Source: Sulfolobaceae archaeon
GTDB lineage: Archaea; Thermoproteota; Thermoprotei_A; Sulfolobales; Sulfolobaceae
Reading direction: 5' to 3'
Assembly: GCA_038893355.1 (NCBI GenBank)
Contig: JAWARQ010000001.1
Span: 1-64,000, forward strand
DNA length: 64,000 bases
The number at the start of each line of letters is the position of its first letter. Position 1 is the stretch's first letter. The position numbers and the translations under genes are program-made. Under the pieces are notes generated by a model. That model worked only from the letters and a program-made list of their open reading frames with translations, had not been told where the DNA came from and did not search any database. Positions 50,525 to 62,990 of the stretch are shown here, piece after piece.

Positions 50525-51451
50525 ATGGTAAGAGTTGGTATAGTAGGTGTAGGAAAACTAGGCCAAACAATAGCATATTCTATTGCTTCAAGAGGATTAG
50601 TAGACGAAATGATACTATATGATATAGTACCAGAACTTGCAGAAAAGGTAGAGCATGAATTTAGACATGCATTAGCATCATTAAACATAAAGACTGAGAT
50701 TAAGGGGACTGATAAAATAGAAGAAGTTGAAGGTACGGATATTATATTAATAGTAGCCGGTAAGCCAAGGAAGCCGGGAATGAGCAGAAGGGATCTATTT
50801 ACCGAAAATGCGAAAATTATGATAGATCTTTCAAAAAAGTTACCCCCTAAGAATCCAAATGCGTTATATATCATGGTTACGAACCCAGTGGATATGATGG
50901 CAAGCGTTTTTCAAAGATTTTCAGGGAAGTTTACAATAAGTACTGGAAATCAAGTAGAAACAATGAGGATGAGAGCATTTATAGCAAGTAAGCTTAAAGT
51001 TCCAGTAAGTGAGGTTGATGGCTTTGTTGCAGGTGAACATGGTGAGGAAGCGTTTATAGTATGGAGTAGTGTAAAGGTTAAAGGTAAAGATTTTGATAGC
51101 GTAGCAGCTGGAAAGCTAACTAGGCAAGAGGTAGAGAAATACGTAAAGGAAATAGCTGCAGAAATAATAAGGGTTTTAGGCGGTACTACCTGGGGCCCTG
51201 GTACTATAATTGCTGATATTGTTAAGGCTATTGTTTATAACGAGAATAGGGTAATGAGTATAGCTATGCCTTTTAAATATGAGGATGAAATTATTCATTT
51301 AAGCGTACCTACTGTTATTAGTCATAAAATAGGCCCAACTTTACAAAATATCTTTGACGAGAATGAACTTAAACTTTTTCATAATACACAGAAGAATATA
51401 TATAAGGTCTATAAAGAAAATTTAAATCATTTATTAAAAGAAAATCTTTGA
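50525..51451 (+). CDS. mdh: Malate dehydrogenase (LDH-like)
   Basis: [22 protein letters not shown] and GEHG motifs. Confidence 0.93.
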   Translation: MVRVGIVGVGKLGQTIAYSIASRGLVDEMILYDIVPELAEKVEHEFRHALASLNIKTEIKGTDKIEEVEGTDIILIVAGKPRKPGMSRRDLFTENAKIMIDLSKKLPPKNPNALYIMVTNPVDMMASVFQRFSGKFTISTGNQVETMRMRAFIASKLKVPVSEVDGFVAGEHGEEAFIVWSSVKVKGKDFDSVAAGKLTRQEVEKYVKEIAAEIIRVLGGTTWGPGTIIADIVKAIVYNENRVMSIAMPFKYEDEIIHLSVPTVISHKIGPTLQNIFDENELKLFHNTQKNIYKVYKENLNHLLKENL

Positions 51452-51542
51452 TTTTTTGAACCTTTCTAAATTTTAAAGTTCTCGTATCTAGAGAGCGAAA
51501 AAAATATGAACATGATAGGCTAATAGTGATTGTGAATATGAT

Positions 51543-52793
51543 TTGATTAGAGTATGGGATTTCCAAATACCTACTATAAATGACTTAAATCCTGTAAATA
51601 AAAAAATATTATTAAGAATTGATATAAACTCTCCGATAGAGCCTTCGTCAGGGAGAATTTTAGATGATTCAAGAATAAAGGCTCATGTACCCACAATTAA
51701 AGAATTATTAGAAAATAATAATACAGTAGTACTTATTTCGCATCAGGGAAGGCCAGGCGATAATGATTTCACATCTCTTGCAGAACATAGTAGATACCTT
51801 TCAAAGTATTTAGATACGAATGTAGAATTTGTAGAAGATATAATAGGTCCATATGCTATAGAGAGGATAAAGAAAGCTGAAAAGGGAAGTGTATTATTGC
51901 TTGAAAACGTTAGATTTATTTCAGAAGAATTAGTAGAGGCTACTCCTCAACAGCATGCTAAAAGCTTTTTAGTAAGGAAATTAGCACCGTTATTTGACGC
52001 ATATATAAATGATGCATTTGCAGCTGCACATAGAAGTCAGCCTAGCTTAGTAGGATTTCCATTAGTTTTACCGTCTGCAGCAGGTCGTGTTATGGAGAAA
52101 GAAGTATCTGCATTAGCTAGAATATTTAATTACGAGGATTCGCCAAAAATCTTTGTATTAGGCGGGGGAAAAGTTCATGATACTATTAAAATAATTGAAT
52201 ATTTATCTAAGAGGAGAATTGCTGATAGAATACTTACTGGAGGCCTTATAGCAGAACTTTTTGCAGTAGCTAAGGGTATAAATATAGGAAAACAGAACTT
52301 ACAAGTACTCGAGAAAGCTGGTGCAATTAGCTTAATACCTAGGGTTAGAAAGATCTTATTAAGCGGTGCACCAATCGAAATTCCAGTAGATTTTAAGACT
52401 GAAGCTAATAATCAAGTATTAGAAGAACCTGCAAATAAAGTAACCGGACTTATTAGGGATATAGGCGAAACTACAATCGAAATATATTCATCATTTATAA
52501 AAGAAGCTAAAGTAATAACACTTAGAGGACCTATGGGAGTCATAGAAGATGAAAGATTTAGAGATGGAAGTATTAGATTACTTAAAGCTGCATTAGAAAG
52601 TCCAGGATATGTAATCATAGGTGGTGGTCATATGATAAGTATGTTAGGAAAGGATATGAATATAGATACTAACCGAGTTCATGTATCTACTGGTGGTGGT
52701 GCATTATTGTTATTTTTAGCTGGAGAAAAATTACCGGCATTAGAAGCATTACATATTTCCGCACAGAATTTACTATTAGGTGGTAAAAAATGA
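51543..52793 (+). CDS. pgk: Phosphoglycerate kinase
   Basis: RIDINSP, SHQGRP, LLENVRF and HVSTGGGA motifs. Confidence 0.97.
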   Translation: MIRVWDFQIPTINDLNPVNKKILLRIDINSPIEPSSGRILDDSRIKAHVPTIKELLENNNTVVLISHQGRPGDNDFTSLAEHSRYLSKYLDTNVEFVEDIIGPYAIERIKKAEKGSVLLLENVRFISEELVEATPQQHAKSFLVRKLAPLFDAYINDAFAAAHRSQPSLVGFPLVLPSAAGRVMEKEVSALARIFNYEDSPKIFVLGGGKVHDTIKIIEYLSKRRIADRILTGGLIAELFAVAKGINIGKQNLQVLEKAGAISLIPRVRKILLSGAPIEIPVDFKTEANNQVLEEPANKVTGLIRDIGETTIEIYSSFIKEAKVITLRGPMGVIEDERFRDGSIRLLKAALESPGYVIIGGGHMISMLGKDMNIDTNRVHVSTGGGALLLFLAGEKLPALEALHISAQNLLLGGKK

Positions 52794-53812
52794 TAAAAGT
52801 TGGTATAAATGGTTATGGTACAATCGGAAAGAGAGTAGCAGATGCTATTAAACTTCAGCCAGATATGAAGCTAGTAGGTGTTACTAAGTTAACGCCTAAC
52901 TACGAGGCAATAATTGCTACAAGAAAAGGAATAAGGATTTATGTTCCACAAGATTCTGTAAAAAAATTTGAAGAAAATGGTATAAATGTTGCAGGTACTA
53001 TTGATGATCTACTATCTAACGTGGATATAATAGTTGATGCTACGCCAAATGGTGTTGGTGCACAATATAAACCTAAATATCAAAGTATGAATAAGAATGC
53101 GATATTTCAGGGCGGTGAAAAAGCCTCAGTAGCTGACGTTTCATTTTCCGCATTGTGTAATTATGAAGAGGCATATGGAAAAAGATATATTAGAGTAGTT
53201 TCTTGTAACACTACTGGTCTATTAAGAACTTTATGCACAATTAACTCAATCTATAAGATTAAGAAGGTAAGGGCTACAATAATTAGGCGAGCTGCAGATC
53301 CTAAGGAAATAAAAAGAGGCCCTATAAATTCAATAGTTCCAGATCCCGTTACTATTCCTAGTCATCATGCAAAGGACGTACAAACTGTAATAAAAAATCT
53401 CGATATTATAACTATGGCTGCAGTAGTGCCTACTACACTTATGCATTTACATCTTCTTAATATAGAAGTGGAAGGAAAACCAAATAGAAAGGATTTAATA
53501 ACTCTATTTCAATCTACCCCTAGATTGGTTTTAATAAGTAATAGATCCGCTATAAGCTCTACAGCAGAGATAATAGAGGCTATTAGAGATTTAGGAAGGG
53601 AAAGAAATGATTTAATGGAAGTTGCCATATTCGAAGATTCAATTTATACTAATAATAATGAGATATTTTTAATGTATGGTGTACATCAAGAGTCAATAGT
53701 AGTGCCAGAAAATATTGATGCAATAAGGGCATCTTTAATGTCAAAGAGTAAAGAAGAGTCTATTAATTTAACTAATGAAACATTAAAGATTTATAGAGGT
53801 TACTTAGTTTGA
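52790..53812 (+). CDS. gap: Glyceraldehyde-3-phosphate dehydrogenase, archaeal type II
   Basis: [19 protein letters not shown] and [13 protein letters not shown] motifs. Confidence 0.97.
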   Translation: MIKVGINGYGTIGKRVADAIKLQPDMKLVGVTKLTPNYEAIIATRKGIRIYVPQDSVKKFEENGINVAGTIDDLLSNVDIIVDATPNGVGAQYKPKYQSMNKNAIFQGGEKASVADVSFSALCNYEEAYGKRYIRVVSCNTTGLLRTLCTINSIYKIKKVRATIIRRAADPKEIKRGPINSIVPDPVTIPSHHAKDVQTVIKNLDIITMAAVVPTTLMHLHLLNIEVEGKPNRKDLITLFQSTPRLVLISNRSAISSTAEIIEAIRDLGRERNDLMEVAIFEDSIYTNNNEIFLMYGVHQESIVVPENIDAIRASLMSKSKEESINLTNETLKIYRGYLV

Positions 53813-54216
53813 GCGTTCCGAGCTATTCTGTAAGTTTTTGGTGGAGAAAAATATTAGTGCCTATAGATGGATCTGAGGGTAGTATTAGAGCCTTTCAATT
53901 AGCAGTAGATTTTGCAATGAGATATGGCTCTAAAATAACTGTAGTACATGTTTGTAATGAATGTAATAATAATAAATTAAAAGAGATAGTAAAAGAAATA
54001 GCAGGAAATAAAATTGAATATGAATATAAAGAGATTAAGGTAAATTTAAGAGATAGTAGTATTTCTAATGAGTTATTAAAAATTATAGTAGATGAAAATT
54101 TTGATGCAGTAATAATGGGAGCAAGGGGAACCTCGACAGAAGCTGAGACTAATATTGGCTCTACAGCACTTTCAATTGCAGTAAATGCACCAATTTCAGT
54201 TATATTAGTTAGATAG
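53809..54216 (+). CDS. Universal stress protein
   Basis: KILVPIDGS and MGARG..IGSTA motifs. Confidence 0.92.
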   Translation: MSVPSYSVSFWWRKILVPIDGSEGSIRAFQLAVDFAMRYGSKITVVHVCNECNNNKLKEIVKEIAGNKIEYEYKEIKVNLRDSSISNELLKIIVDENFDAVIMGARGTSTEAETNIGSTALSIAVNAPISVILVR

Positions 54217-55489
54217 AGAGATTTATAGTTTTATTCTCTAAATTGAATGTATACTTTACTTCAAGGTAGTTCTTCCTGTATTCAATGACCTTTCTTTTAA
54301 CTTCATTAACGTCCTTATTATCAATTAGTACTAGCTTCATAAATTCAGCTATATCTTCCATTTCACCTTCTCTCATACCATATCTAGTCATTTCTTGAAC
54401 ACCAATCCTAATTCCACTAGGATCACTTACTGCTGAAGGTGGATCATAAGGTAATAAGTTCTTATTAACTATTATGTTAGCCTCCTCTAATTTATTAGCA
54501 ACTTTAGCACCCCCACCTAAATTTCTAACATCAACGACTACTTGATGGCTCATTGTAAAACCTAAATGCTCTCCTATAACTTTAAAACCTCTTTCTCTCA
54601 ATGCTTCCGCTAATTTTTTAGCATTTTTTACAATTTGTTTAGCATATTCTTCGCCAAAATATTTCATCTCTATTGCAGTTATTGCAGTAGCTGGAAGTCT
54701 ATGTAAGTGATGATTACTTACAAACCAGGGAAATATTGTCCTTGAAATCTCCTTATATAACTGCTCGTCATTAGTAAATATTCCACCGCCTTGAGGACCA
54801 GGGAATGTTTTATGAGTAGAAACTGTCATTATATCCGCACCCTCACTTAAAGGATTATGCCACACTTTACCTATAATTAAGCCGTATACATGTGCTGCAT
54901 CATATACAATCTTACTACCTACTGACTTAGCATAGGGTACTATTTCCTTTACTGGATGAGGGAATAGATATAGACTACCGCCTAATACTATAAATTTAGG
55001 CTTAACTTCTTCAATTAATTTTATACTCTTATCAACATCCACGTTCATTTTTTCTTGATCATATGGCATCTCAATATGTTCTATTCCCAACGCTCCTAAA
55101 GTACCAAATTTTGTATGACTTACATGAGCACCTGCCTGTACAGGTGCAATTAATGCTTTTTCTGAAGGTCTAGCTAATACCCTGAACACTGCAGCGTTAG
55201 CTATTGTACCACTTATTGCCCTAATGTCACAAAAAGAAGAAGAGGTCAATTTATTTAACAATTCACAAGTTAATACTTCTATCTCATCTATATATTTCGT
55301 CCCTTGATAATATCTCTTAAAAGGTTTTCCCTCAGCATATCTAGACATCATATCAGTAAGATAAACAGACTCTGCTAAAGGTGACATTACATTTTCTGAA
55401 GCTATTAAATTTATTGACTCCTTTCTCCTCCATTTATCATGAGCTCTTGTAATTTCAATAACTTTAAGGACTTCATTTGGTAGAGACAT
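54209..55489 (-). CDS. glyA: Serine hydroxymethyltransferase
   Basis: LIASEN, YAEG and [12 protein letters not shown] motifs. Confidence 0.97.
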   Translation of the reverse strand: MSLPNEVLKVIEITRAHDKWRRKESINLIASENVMSPLAESVYLTDMMSRYAEGKPFKRYYQGTKYIDEIEVLTCELLNKLTSSSFCDIRAISGTIANAAVFRVLARPSEKALIAPVQAGAHVSHTKFGTLGALGIEHIEMPYDQEKMNVDVDKSIKLIEEVKPKFIVLGGSLYLFPHPVKEIVPYAKSVGSKIVYDAAHVYGLIIGKVWHNPLSEGADIMTVSTHKTFPGPQGGGIFTNDEQLYKEISRTIFPWFVSNHHLHRLPATAITAIEMKYFGEEYAKQIVKNAKKLAEALRERGFKVIGEHLGFTMSHQVVVDVRNLGGGAKVANKLEEANIIVNKNLLPYDPPSAVSDPSGIRIGVQEMTRYGMREGEMEDIAEFMKLVLIDNKDVNEVKRKVIEYRKNYLEVKYTFNLENKTINLSI

Positions 55490-55514
55490 ACGGGAAAAAA
55501 TAAAATTAAAATTT

Positions 55515-56771
55515 TTAAACTTTCATGGCTCTACCTAACCTTTTGTGAGCCTTGCCCAGCTCCCTATTAGCTAATGCTGCTAACAAATTTAATTCCCCTG
55601 CTAATACCGTTGCTGCTATAATTTCTGCTAATTTCTTAGCATTAAATCCCATAGGTTTACCACTTTCTGGGATACCCATGATTTTTAATGCTTCTTTCTG
55701 CGTAGGAAGTCTAGTACCACCACCGACTGTCCCTACTTCTAAAGAAGTTAAGGTCACTGAGATATAAAGATCATTACCTCTAACCTCAGTCCATGTAAAT
55801 CCCATACTACTTTCAACTATTTGTGCAACGTCTTGGCCGGTAGCAATAAATATTCCTGCAATAATGTTTGCAAAATGAGCATTAAATTGAAAAATCGTTC
55901 CACCTCTTGCTCCACCTAACCAATTTTTCCTTAAATTAACTTCGTGAATAAGATTAGGATCTGATTTTAATACCTCTTTAATAACTTCGTATTTAATTAA
56001 TGCTTCCGCAACTACAGTCTTTCCCCTTCCATGCAATGAGTTTATCATAGACTGCTTCTTGTCTGAGCACATATTACCGCTCACTGCTATACAGTCAGCA
56101 TCTGGGAAATTCTCTTCTATGAATTTACATGCTTCTTCTACTGCAAATGTAACCATATTCATACCCATTGCATCACCGGTTTCAAAAACAAACCTTAACC
56201 AAACGTTATTACCTAAAACAAAAGGTTCTATCGATTTCAATCTTAAATGAGATGAAGTAGATTCTGTAACTCTCTTTAAATCATTATATTTCTCATAAAC
56301 CCATTTTAAAAACTCACTTACTTGAATTATACTATTAAACTTTATTACTGGAGCCCTAGTCATCCCATCAAATATAATTTTAGTTTTAGCACCACCACTC
56401 TTAGTTATTGCCTTGCATCCCCTATTAACGCTTGCAACCAACGCTCCTTCAGTTGTAGCTATTGGAACAAAAAAGTTACCATTAGCGTATTCGCCAATAA
56501 CTTTTAATGGACCTACAATTCCTAAAGGTAATTGAGCAGCACCTATCATATTCTCGATATTTCTGTTCTTTACTTCGGCGTAATCAATTATTGTAGAGCC
56601 AATGGAAGACAAAGAAATACCTAAAATTCTTTCAAGGGCAATCCTTCGTGCAACGACTGCAGCATTAGATTCCAATAGTTCATCAACATCATGAAATTCT
56701 ATCTCGCCCTTAACTAATTTCTCCACAACCTCTTCAATTTTTGATTTAAGCGTATTCTCAGTCATTTTCAT
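55515..56771 (-). CDS. hmgA: HMG-CoA reductase, class I
   Basis: [20 protein letters not shown] and GTVGGGT motifs. The start may be 56765. Confidence 0.96.
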   Translation of the reverse strand: MKMTENTLKSKIEEVVEKLVKGEIEFHDVDELLESNAAVVARRIALERILGISLSSIGSTIIDYAEVKNRNIENMIGAAQLPLGIVGPLKVIGEYANGNFFVPIATTEGALVASVNRGCKAITKSGGAKTKIIFDGMTRAPVIKFNSIIQVSEFLKWVYEKYNDLKRVTESTSSHLRLKSIEPFVLGNNVWLRFVFETGDAMGMNMVTFAVEEACKFIEENFPDADCIAVSGNMCSDKKQSMINSLHGRGKTVVAEALIKYEVIKEVLKSDPNLIHEVNLRKNWLGGARGGTIFQFNAHFANIIAGIFIATGQDVAQIVESSMGFTWTEVRGNDLYISVTLTSLEVGTVGGGTRLPTQKEALKIMGIPESGKPMGFNAKKLAEIIAATVLAGELNLLAALANRELGKAHKRLGRAMKV

Positions 56772-57162
56772 CTATCTTAAATTTTATTCCATAAATTATT
56801 ATCCCAGTACTTGAATCAGTCCTTAACCTCCTTAACGTAGCTCTTACCTTTGCACCTTCTTTTATCTCTTCACCCTCTACATCAGTTAAAGGTGCAATTA
56901 TCCTTAAACCATTTTCAAATTCTATTAGCCCTATATACTGTGGCATTACTTTTTCATATCCGTCTCTCAATTGATAATTTACGGTATATGTTACTAACCT
57001 TCCCTCAGTGTTCAAATTAACCTTCTCTACATTACTCGATTTACAATTAGGACAAAGTTTTTGAAATGGAAAGTATAAATAACCGCAATCCCTACACTTT
57101 AAAGCAGTTAAAGAATATAGGATTTCCTTATTTCTCCAAACTTCTGAAGGGGAAACTTTCAT
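56758..57162 (-). CDS. DUF35 Zn-ribbon/OB-fold protein
   Basis: CRDC and CPNC plus OB fold; lies in the thiolase/HMG-CoA synthase operon. Confidence 0.92.
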   Translation of the reverse strand: MKVSPSEVWRNKEILYSLTALKCRDCGYLYFPFQKLCPNCKSSNVEKVNLNTEGRLVTYTVNYQLRDGYEKVMPQYIGLIEFENGLRIIAPLTDVEGEEIKEGAKVRATLRRLRTDSSTGIIIYGIKFKIDEND

Positions 57163-58265
57163 TAAATCACCTCGAGAACTGAAATGTAAGAACTTCTGCC
57201 TATATCATCCATTGAGACTATAATTCCAGCCTTTGCATCTTTTACCTTTTTACCTGGGAACATTGAAGTTAGTTGCAAGTATACCTCTGCTAACTGATAA
57301 ACTCCAGTAGCACCACCAGGATATCCTCTAGCCTTTAAACCTCCACTATAATTCAGTGCTGGAATTTCCGAGAGCTTCTCGAAAGCCTTTCCTTTTTCAA
57401 CTAATCCCAAAGACTCTAACTGAAGTGCTGCTAATATACTATAAGAATCATGAATCTCGAGTAAGTCAGTTTTTCTTAATTCCTCTTCGATCTTTGATTT
57501 AATTTCCCGTAATGACAGTAACTCTAGCTTATTCCAATCGATTTCTCTAGTGGAACCTATAACTTTCTTTAATTCGACTATTCTATCTGAAATTTGTTTT
57601 CTCTCTTCAGAAACTAAAAGTACTGAAGCTACACCATCAGCTCTTGCACCTACATCAAAAATTCTTAAAGGTTCTGATACTAACTGTGATTCAATTATTG
57701 TCTTTTTATCAACAGTAAACTTAAGGTATGCATAAGGATTCTCTATAGCATATGAATGCATTAAAATAGGCCATTCAGTAAAATATTCATAATCCTTCTT
57801 ATATAATTTCATGTAAAGTTTCATCATAATAGCAGCTATAGATTGAGGAGTAATTCCAGAAAAGTATTCATATTCGTTCATAATAGTTGATATAATATCG
57901 TTTAGATATTTTGAAGGGAAATCTGATAGTTTTTCTACCCCGATTAATAATACTTCCTTTGCAATTCCAGATTTAATAAGTGAAAAAGCAGTGAGTATGC
58001 CTAGCCCACCACTAGCATCACCGTTTTCAACTCTAAAAGAAGGTACATAATAGCCTAATGCCATACTTAACTTTGTAGAGAGTTCAGATACTCGATTCGT
58101 TAGTTCTGCATAACCATTTGCTATAACTATAGCATCTGGATTTAAACTATAATTTATATTTTCATTAATTCTTTTCACACTATTTATAGCAAGATCTAAT
58201 AATCCTTTATCATAATGCCTATTTATACTCTCTATTGCACAACCTGCAATATAAACTTTAGTCAA
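57162..58265 (-). CDS. Thiolase-family protein with substituted catalytic residues
   Basis: Thiolase fold motifs GVEK, DGVASV, EIHD and SGGLKARG.PGGATG. Confidence 0.85.
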   Translation of the reverse strand: MTKVYIAGCAIESINRHYDKGLLDLAINSVKRINENINYSLNPDAIVIANGYAELTNRVSELSTKLSMALGYYVPSFRVENGDASGGLGILTAFSLIKSGIAKEVLLIGVEKLSDFPSKYLNDIISTIMNEYEYFSGITPQSIAAIMMKLYMKLYKKDYEYFTEWPILMHSYAIENPYAYLKFTVDKKTIIESQLVSEPLRIFDVGARADGVASVLLVSEERKQISDRIVELKKVIGSTREIDWNKLELLSLREIKSKIEEELRKTDLLEIHDSYSILAALQLESLGLVEKGKAFEKLSEIPALNYSGGLKARGYPGGATGVYQLAEVYLQLTSMFPGKKVKDAKAGIIVSMDDIGRSSYISVLEVI

Positions 58266-59315
58266 TTATTCATACACCTTATATTTATTTGTAAATTTTG
58301 CATATTCAGCGTAACTTACAGAGATTTTCTTTGATATATAATAATCTAACTTCTTACCTATTTTTTGTCGTTCTAAAATCTTATCAGTTATAACTATACT
58401 AAATGCATCACTACCCGCTCCACTCCCAAACGGTGCAACCAGTATTCTTTCTCCAGGCTTTGCAACATCTAGTACCCTAGCTAGACCTAAAAGTGCGGAT
58501 GCATTATAAGGATTACCTATATAGTTTGCAATTAAGCCTTGTTTAATCTTTTCTAATGGAATATTAAGCTTCTTAGCAACTTGAATTGGGAACTTCCCAT
58601 TAGGCTGGTGAAATACAAAATAATCAAAGTCACTTAACTTATAACCGTTCTCTTGAATAAGATTAATAACAGCGGAAATTATATGATGAAAATAGGCTGG
58701 CTCTCCAGTAAATCCTTCCCCATGAACTGGATACGGTGTACCATCTCGTCGCCAAAAATCAGGGGTATCAGAAGTATATGAAGAAAAAGCTTCAAAGATC
58801 CCAGAAGCTTCATTTGAGGGACCTATTACATAACTAACTGAAGCTGCAGCAGAACTTAACTCTAAAACATCTCCTGGATTCGATTGAGCAGTATCAGAAC
58901 CTATAACTAAACCATATTTTATTTGTCCAGATTCTACCATACTTGAAGCAAGTCTTATTCCAGCTGAGGCACCTCTACATGCAAATTCTAAATCTACTCC
59001 TAAAGAATTTCGTGAAATCCCTAATGCGTCAATCAGAATAGTAGCCGTAGGTTTTACAGCATATACTTTTGACTCAGATCCAAATAATACTAAACTTATA
59101 TCTGATGGTGAAATATTAGATCTTTTAATTGCTAGGACTGAAGACTCCCATGCCATTGTGGTAGAATCTTCATCATGTGCTGGAACTGACTTCTCTGTTA
59201 AACCTAATGACTTTGGTACTGTAGGTTCTAAGCCCCATAATCTTGCTATCTCACTAGAATTTAACCTAAATTTAGGGATATATGCACCCCATCCTAAAAT
59301 TCCTGCTCTTTTCAT
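58266..59315 (-). CDS. HMG-CoA synthase
   Basis: [23 protein letters not shown] and FGSGAGS motifs; start ATG 59315. Confidence 0.93.
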   Translation of the reverse strand: MKRAGILGWGAYIPKFRLNSSEIARLWGLEPTVPKSLGLTEKSVPAHDEDSTTMAWESSVLAIKRSNISPSDISLVLFGSESKVYAVKPTATILIDALGISRNSLGVDLEFACRGASAGIRLASSMVESGQIKYGLVIGSDTAQSNPGDVLELSSAAASVSYVIGPSNEASGIFEAFSSYTSDTPDFWRRDGTPYPVHGEGFTGEPAYFHHIISAVINLIQENGYKLSDFDYFVFHQPNGKFPIQVAKKLNIPLEKIKQGLIANYIGNPYNASALLGLARVLDVAKPGERILVAPFGSGAGSDAFSIVITDKILERQKIGKKLDYYISKKISVSYAEYAKFTNKYKVYE

Positions 59316-59424
59316 TCTTAGAACATTCACTTTTCTACATATATAAATCTTTCGGCAAGTGTCTTACTAATACATAGACACTTGTCTATTAAATTATTTA
59401 AAAGGTTCTTAATTTGATATAAAA

Positions 59425-59480
59425 CAGATGATGAAGAGTCTGAAATTGGGAAAAATGACATCACCAGCTCACTCTGAACT
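59425..59480 (+). ncRNA. Candidate C/D box guide sRNA
   Basis: Box C ATGATGA at 59428-59434, box D CTGA at 59474-59477, two 13-nt guide-length segments, and TATA TTTAAAAG about 30 nt upstream. Confidence 0.65.
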
Positions 59481-59867
59481 TCTATCTGCATAAAATACTT
59501 GATACTTCTTTGGTCTTAACTTCTGTACAATAAAATTAAATCCAGCCTCTGGATCACTCTGAGATCCGCATGTATATACATCAAGTGTAGCATATTTATA
59601 TTCTATCCATGTATGTAAGGCTATATGGCTTTCTTCTACTAACGCTATTACTGACACACCGCCTTTCTTTCCACCAAAGGACCAAGATTTAATCTCTACT
59701 AAATGCATATTTGCCATTTTTACTGCATCTAAAACATATTTTTCAAGTAGTTCTCTATTTCCTAATATTTCTGGATCTATATCATATAAATTTCCAAAAA
59801 CATGTTTCCCTATTATTTTATCATCATTTTGTATAGAATGAGTTTGGGAAGACTCTTCACTTCCCAT
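59469..59867 (-). CDS. Pyruvoyl-dependent decarboxylase proenzyme of the AdoMetDC family, probably the crenarchaeal arginine decarboxylase
   Basis: [13 protein letters not shown] cleavage site; [14 protein letters not shown] and WSFGGKKGG; adjacent to HMG-CoA synthase. Confidence 0.8.
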   Translation of the reverse strand: MGSEESSQTHSIQNDDKIIGKHVFGNLYDIDPEILGNRELLEKYVLDAVKMANMHLVEIKSWSFGGKKGGVSVIALVEESHIALHTWIEYKYATLDVYTCGSQSDPEAGFNFIVQKLRPKKYQVFYADRSSE

Positions 59868-60036
59868 CTCTTTTTCCTTGACCTCCGAATATTCGCTATT
59901 GAGAATTAGTTAATAAAGGTATTCCTTATCGACCATAGAAAAATACTTTAATAAGTTACATTCAGTAAAACGAAAAATCCGTGATATAGGCACAATAAAT
60001 TTTAAGCTCTAATACATGAAATAATAATTAGATCAT

Positions 60037-60109
60037 GCCGCCGTAGCTCAGGCGGTAGAGCGCCGGCCTTGTAAGCCGGTGGTCGCGGGTTCAAATCCCG
60101 CCGGCGGCT
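60037..60109 (+). tRNA. tRNA-Thr(TGT), intronless
   Basis: GCCGCCG acceptor stem; CCGGC-CTTGTAA-GCCGG. Confidence 0.96.
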
Positions 60110-60731
60110 TATTATTCTTATTATATTATAAAAAATATATAATATAAATAATTCTAATTTTACTTATTCTTCAACACAGTTAAGTTATAATTATAAGGCA
60201 AAATAAAATGAGTGGTTAAATTTACTCTATACTCTTCCTCATAACAATCTTTCGAAACCTTTACATGTTTAGAGAAATAATAGGCAGGTTTAAGAGAGTT
60301 AAGTTGCCTATATTAGTATTTTAAAAATTCTAAAAATTATTAAAAATTAAAAAACTGTTTAAAGTAAATTTTGGTTAGAGTAAAAATATATCTACGACGA
60401 GAGACAGATAGTTATAATTAAATTGAAAGAAATATAAAGACAGAATATTAAGATTATTAATAGAGAGGGTATTAGGAAAACTTAAAATCAATATTAAGTA
60501 TTTATAATAACTTTTATAAATCTATAAAACTCTTGACTTCTAGCATTAGACTGACCTTGTGAGAAATAATCCATTCTCTCTAACATTCTAAATCATCCTT
60601 AACTTCTTATCATCATCTAACGTTTATTTTTGGTATATTTTATGTTAATTAATGTATTATATATTACACGGTTACATATTTAACCTCGCTATTACACTTA
60701 CACATAATTCTATAAAAAGAATAGAACACTA

Positions 60732-60813
<82 letters not shown>

Positions 60814-61156
60814 ATTCTACTACTCCTAAAAATTATAAAGATTTACTCTTCTTCTCTATTTATAGTCTTAGTAAATGGTCTTAGGTATCATTAAGATTAT
60901 TGTTAATATCTTTTTATTAACTTAAAATTTTATATTATTTAAAATTTAAATTATATGTTAAATTATTATAATCAATATTAGAACAATCTAAGTATAAGAT
61001 ACATCTGATTCCTCACTAATTGTATAGACGTTTAGAAGCAATTATTTAAATAAGCTACTCATCTGCAGTTAAGTTTTCCGTTGCGTTAATTCCTTCTTAG
61101 TAATTCGTTAGAATAAATTTATAACCAAATCCTACAGAAAACCTTTAGGTCTAAGA

Positions 61157-61870
61157 ATGTTTAAGAATAATGATTTCATATATATAGAATATACTGCCAG
61201 ATTAGAAGATACTGGAGAGGTAATAGATACTACGAATCAAGAAGAAGCTAAAAAACATAATATATATTCTCCAGATAAAAAATACGGGCCTAAACTCGTT
61301 ATCCTCGGAGAGCATAGGGTACTTGAAGGACTAGAAGAAGAACTTTACAAGTTAGAATTAAATAAGGAGGTAGAGATTAAAATACCGCCTAAAAAGGCAT
61401 ATGGGGAAAGGGATCCTTCTAAAGTAAAAATAGTTTCGTTAGGAGATCTAAAAAGACAAGGAATAAATCCTTCTCCAAATTCGATTTTAAGATTAGCTGA
61501 TGGTTCATATGCTACAGTTAAGAGTATTAGCGGTGGAAGAGTTATACTTGACTTAAACCATCCTTATGCAGGAAAAACAATAATTTACAATGTTAAAGTA
61601 GTTAAAGTTTTAGAAAAAGAAGAAGAAAAAATAAAAGCATTATTAGAGAGATGGTTTGGTAGTGATTCTATTGAAAAGATAAGATTTGAAATAGAAACTA
61701 ATAATAACATAAAAAATATCAAATTTATAATACCTAAAGAATACTATTTAATTGAGGATTTCCAATTAAAGAAGTATATGTTGGCTAAAGATATTTTAAC
61801 TTATGTACTACCAGAAGCAACTATAACGTTTATAGAAACATACGATAAATCTACTATAGCTAGTCAATAA
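61157..61870 (+). CDS. slyD: Long-type FKBP peptidyl-prolyl isomerase (SlyD-like)
   Basis: [18 protein letters not shown] and [10 protein letters not shown] motifs. Confidence 0.93.
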   Translation: MFKNNDFIYIEYTARLEDTGEVIDTTNQEEAKKHNIYSPDKKYGPKLVILGEHRVLEGLEEELYKLELNKEVEIKIPPKKAYGERDPSKVKIVSLGDLKRQGINPSPNSILRLADGSYATVKSISGGRVILDLNHPYAGKTIIYNVKVVKVLEKEEEKIKALLERWFGSDSIEKIRFEIETNNNIKNIKFIIPKEYYLIEDFQLKKYMLAKDILTYVLPEATITFIETYDKSTIASQ

Positions 61871-62906
61871 CTTCAGTTTCTTTTGCAATTTTCTCAGCAG
61901 AAGACCACGTAAGTCCTTTATCACCTAAAATAGTATATCTTTCTGGCCGAATAGTATGTGCTATCGTAAGAGCCTTGATAACTATCTCATCTGGAATTCC
62001 CAGCTCTTTAGCCTTTACTGGTAGGCCTATTCTCTTAAAATTATTTCTAATCTTTTTCCAGTTAATCCCGTGAACATATGCCATCATTATTGTACCTAAT
62101 GCTACAAGTTCTCCATGAAGTGCAGTAGTCGGTATAAGTAATTCAACTGCATGCGCAAATAGATGCTCAGAACCGCTTGCTGGTCTGGTACTTCCAGCCA
62201 TACCCATTGCTACTCCGCTACTTATTAATGCTTCCATTAAAGTCCTAACGGCCTCCTTATAATTTTTATTTATCATGTTTATTACGTTCAATGCATGTTT
62301 CGCTGATAATAGAGCTAGTGATGCAGTATATTCACCATAATACTCCCCCCGAAGCTTCATTGCTAATCTCCAGTCTCTTACTGCAATAAGTTTAGCTACT
62401 GTATCCCCTATTCCAGCATTTATTAACCTACGCGGTGCAGAGCTTAAGATCTCTATATCTGCAACTATTGCCAGTGGTCCCTTAGCTTTAACCGAAACTG
62501 GTTTTCCAAGACCCTTAATTGACGCAAATGGAGAAGTTATACCATCATGAGAAGGGGCAGTTGGAATACTAATAAACTCAATTCCAGCCTTGTATGCTGC
62601 ATATTTACTTACGTCTATAACTTTACCTCCACCTACCCCTATTATTACATTAGCCTTTACTTTCTTTACTAAATCTTCAACTTCATACACTTCATCTATA
62701 GTTGGGGCCTTTACTTCTTTGACTTCAAATTTATAATCGCCCAAACTATCTTCAATCTTACATGTTATTGACTTACGTACATTTGGTCCAGTTAATATTA
62801 TAATAGGATTTTTAATATTTAATAAATTTAAATAATCTTTTATATTATTAATTACATTATAACCCACTATAATCTTTCTAGGTAGATCAATTAGATGTTC
62901 ACTCAT
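61860..62906 (-). CDS. egsA: sn-glycerol-1-phosphate dehydrogenase
   Basis: [25 protein letters not shown] and LHGE motifs; start ATG 62906. Confidence 0.96.
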   Translation of the reverse strand: MSEHLIDLPRKIIVGYNVINNIKDYLNLLNIKNPIIILTGPNVRKSITCKIEDSLGDYKFEVKEVKAPTIDEVYEVEDLVKKVKANVIIGVGGGKVIDVSKYAAYKAGIEFISIPTAPSHDGITSPFASIKGLGKPVSVKAKGPLAIVADIEILSSAPRRLINAGIGDTVAKLIAVRDWRLAMKLRGEYYGEYTASLALLSAKHALNVINMINKNYKEAVRTLMEALISSGVAMGMAGSTRPASGSEHLFAHAVELLIPTTALHGELVALGTIMMAYVHGINWKKIRNNFKRIGLPVKAKELGIPDEIVIKALTIAHTIRPERYTILGDKGLTWSSAEKIAKETEVID

Positions 62907-62990
62907 CTTTAATAAGCTGAACAAGATTTAAATATTAAAAGATTACCTATTCTACTAGTAACTGATTTTTCTTAAAGAGTGGTGAATAGT

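Noticed and set aside
60560-60620. Minus-strand ATGATGA resembling a box C
   Set aside because: No box D CTGA at the expected distance.
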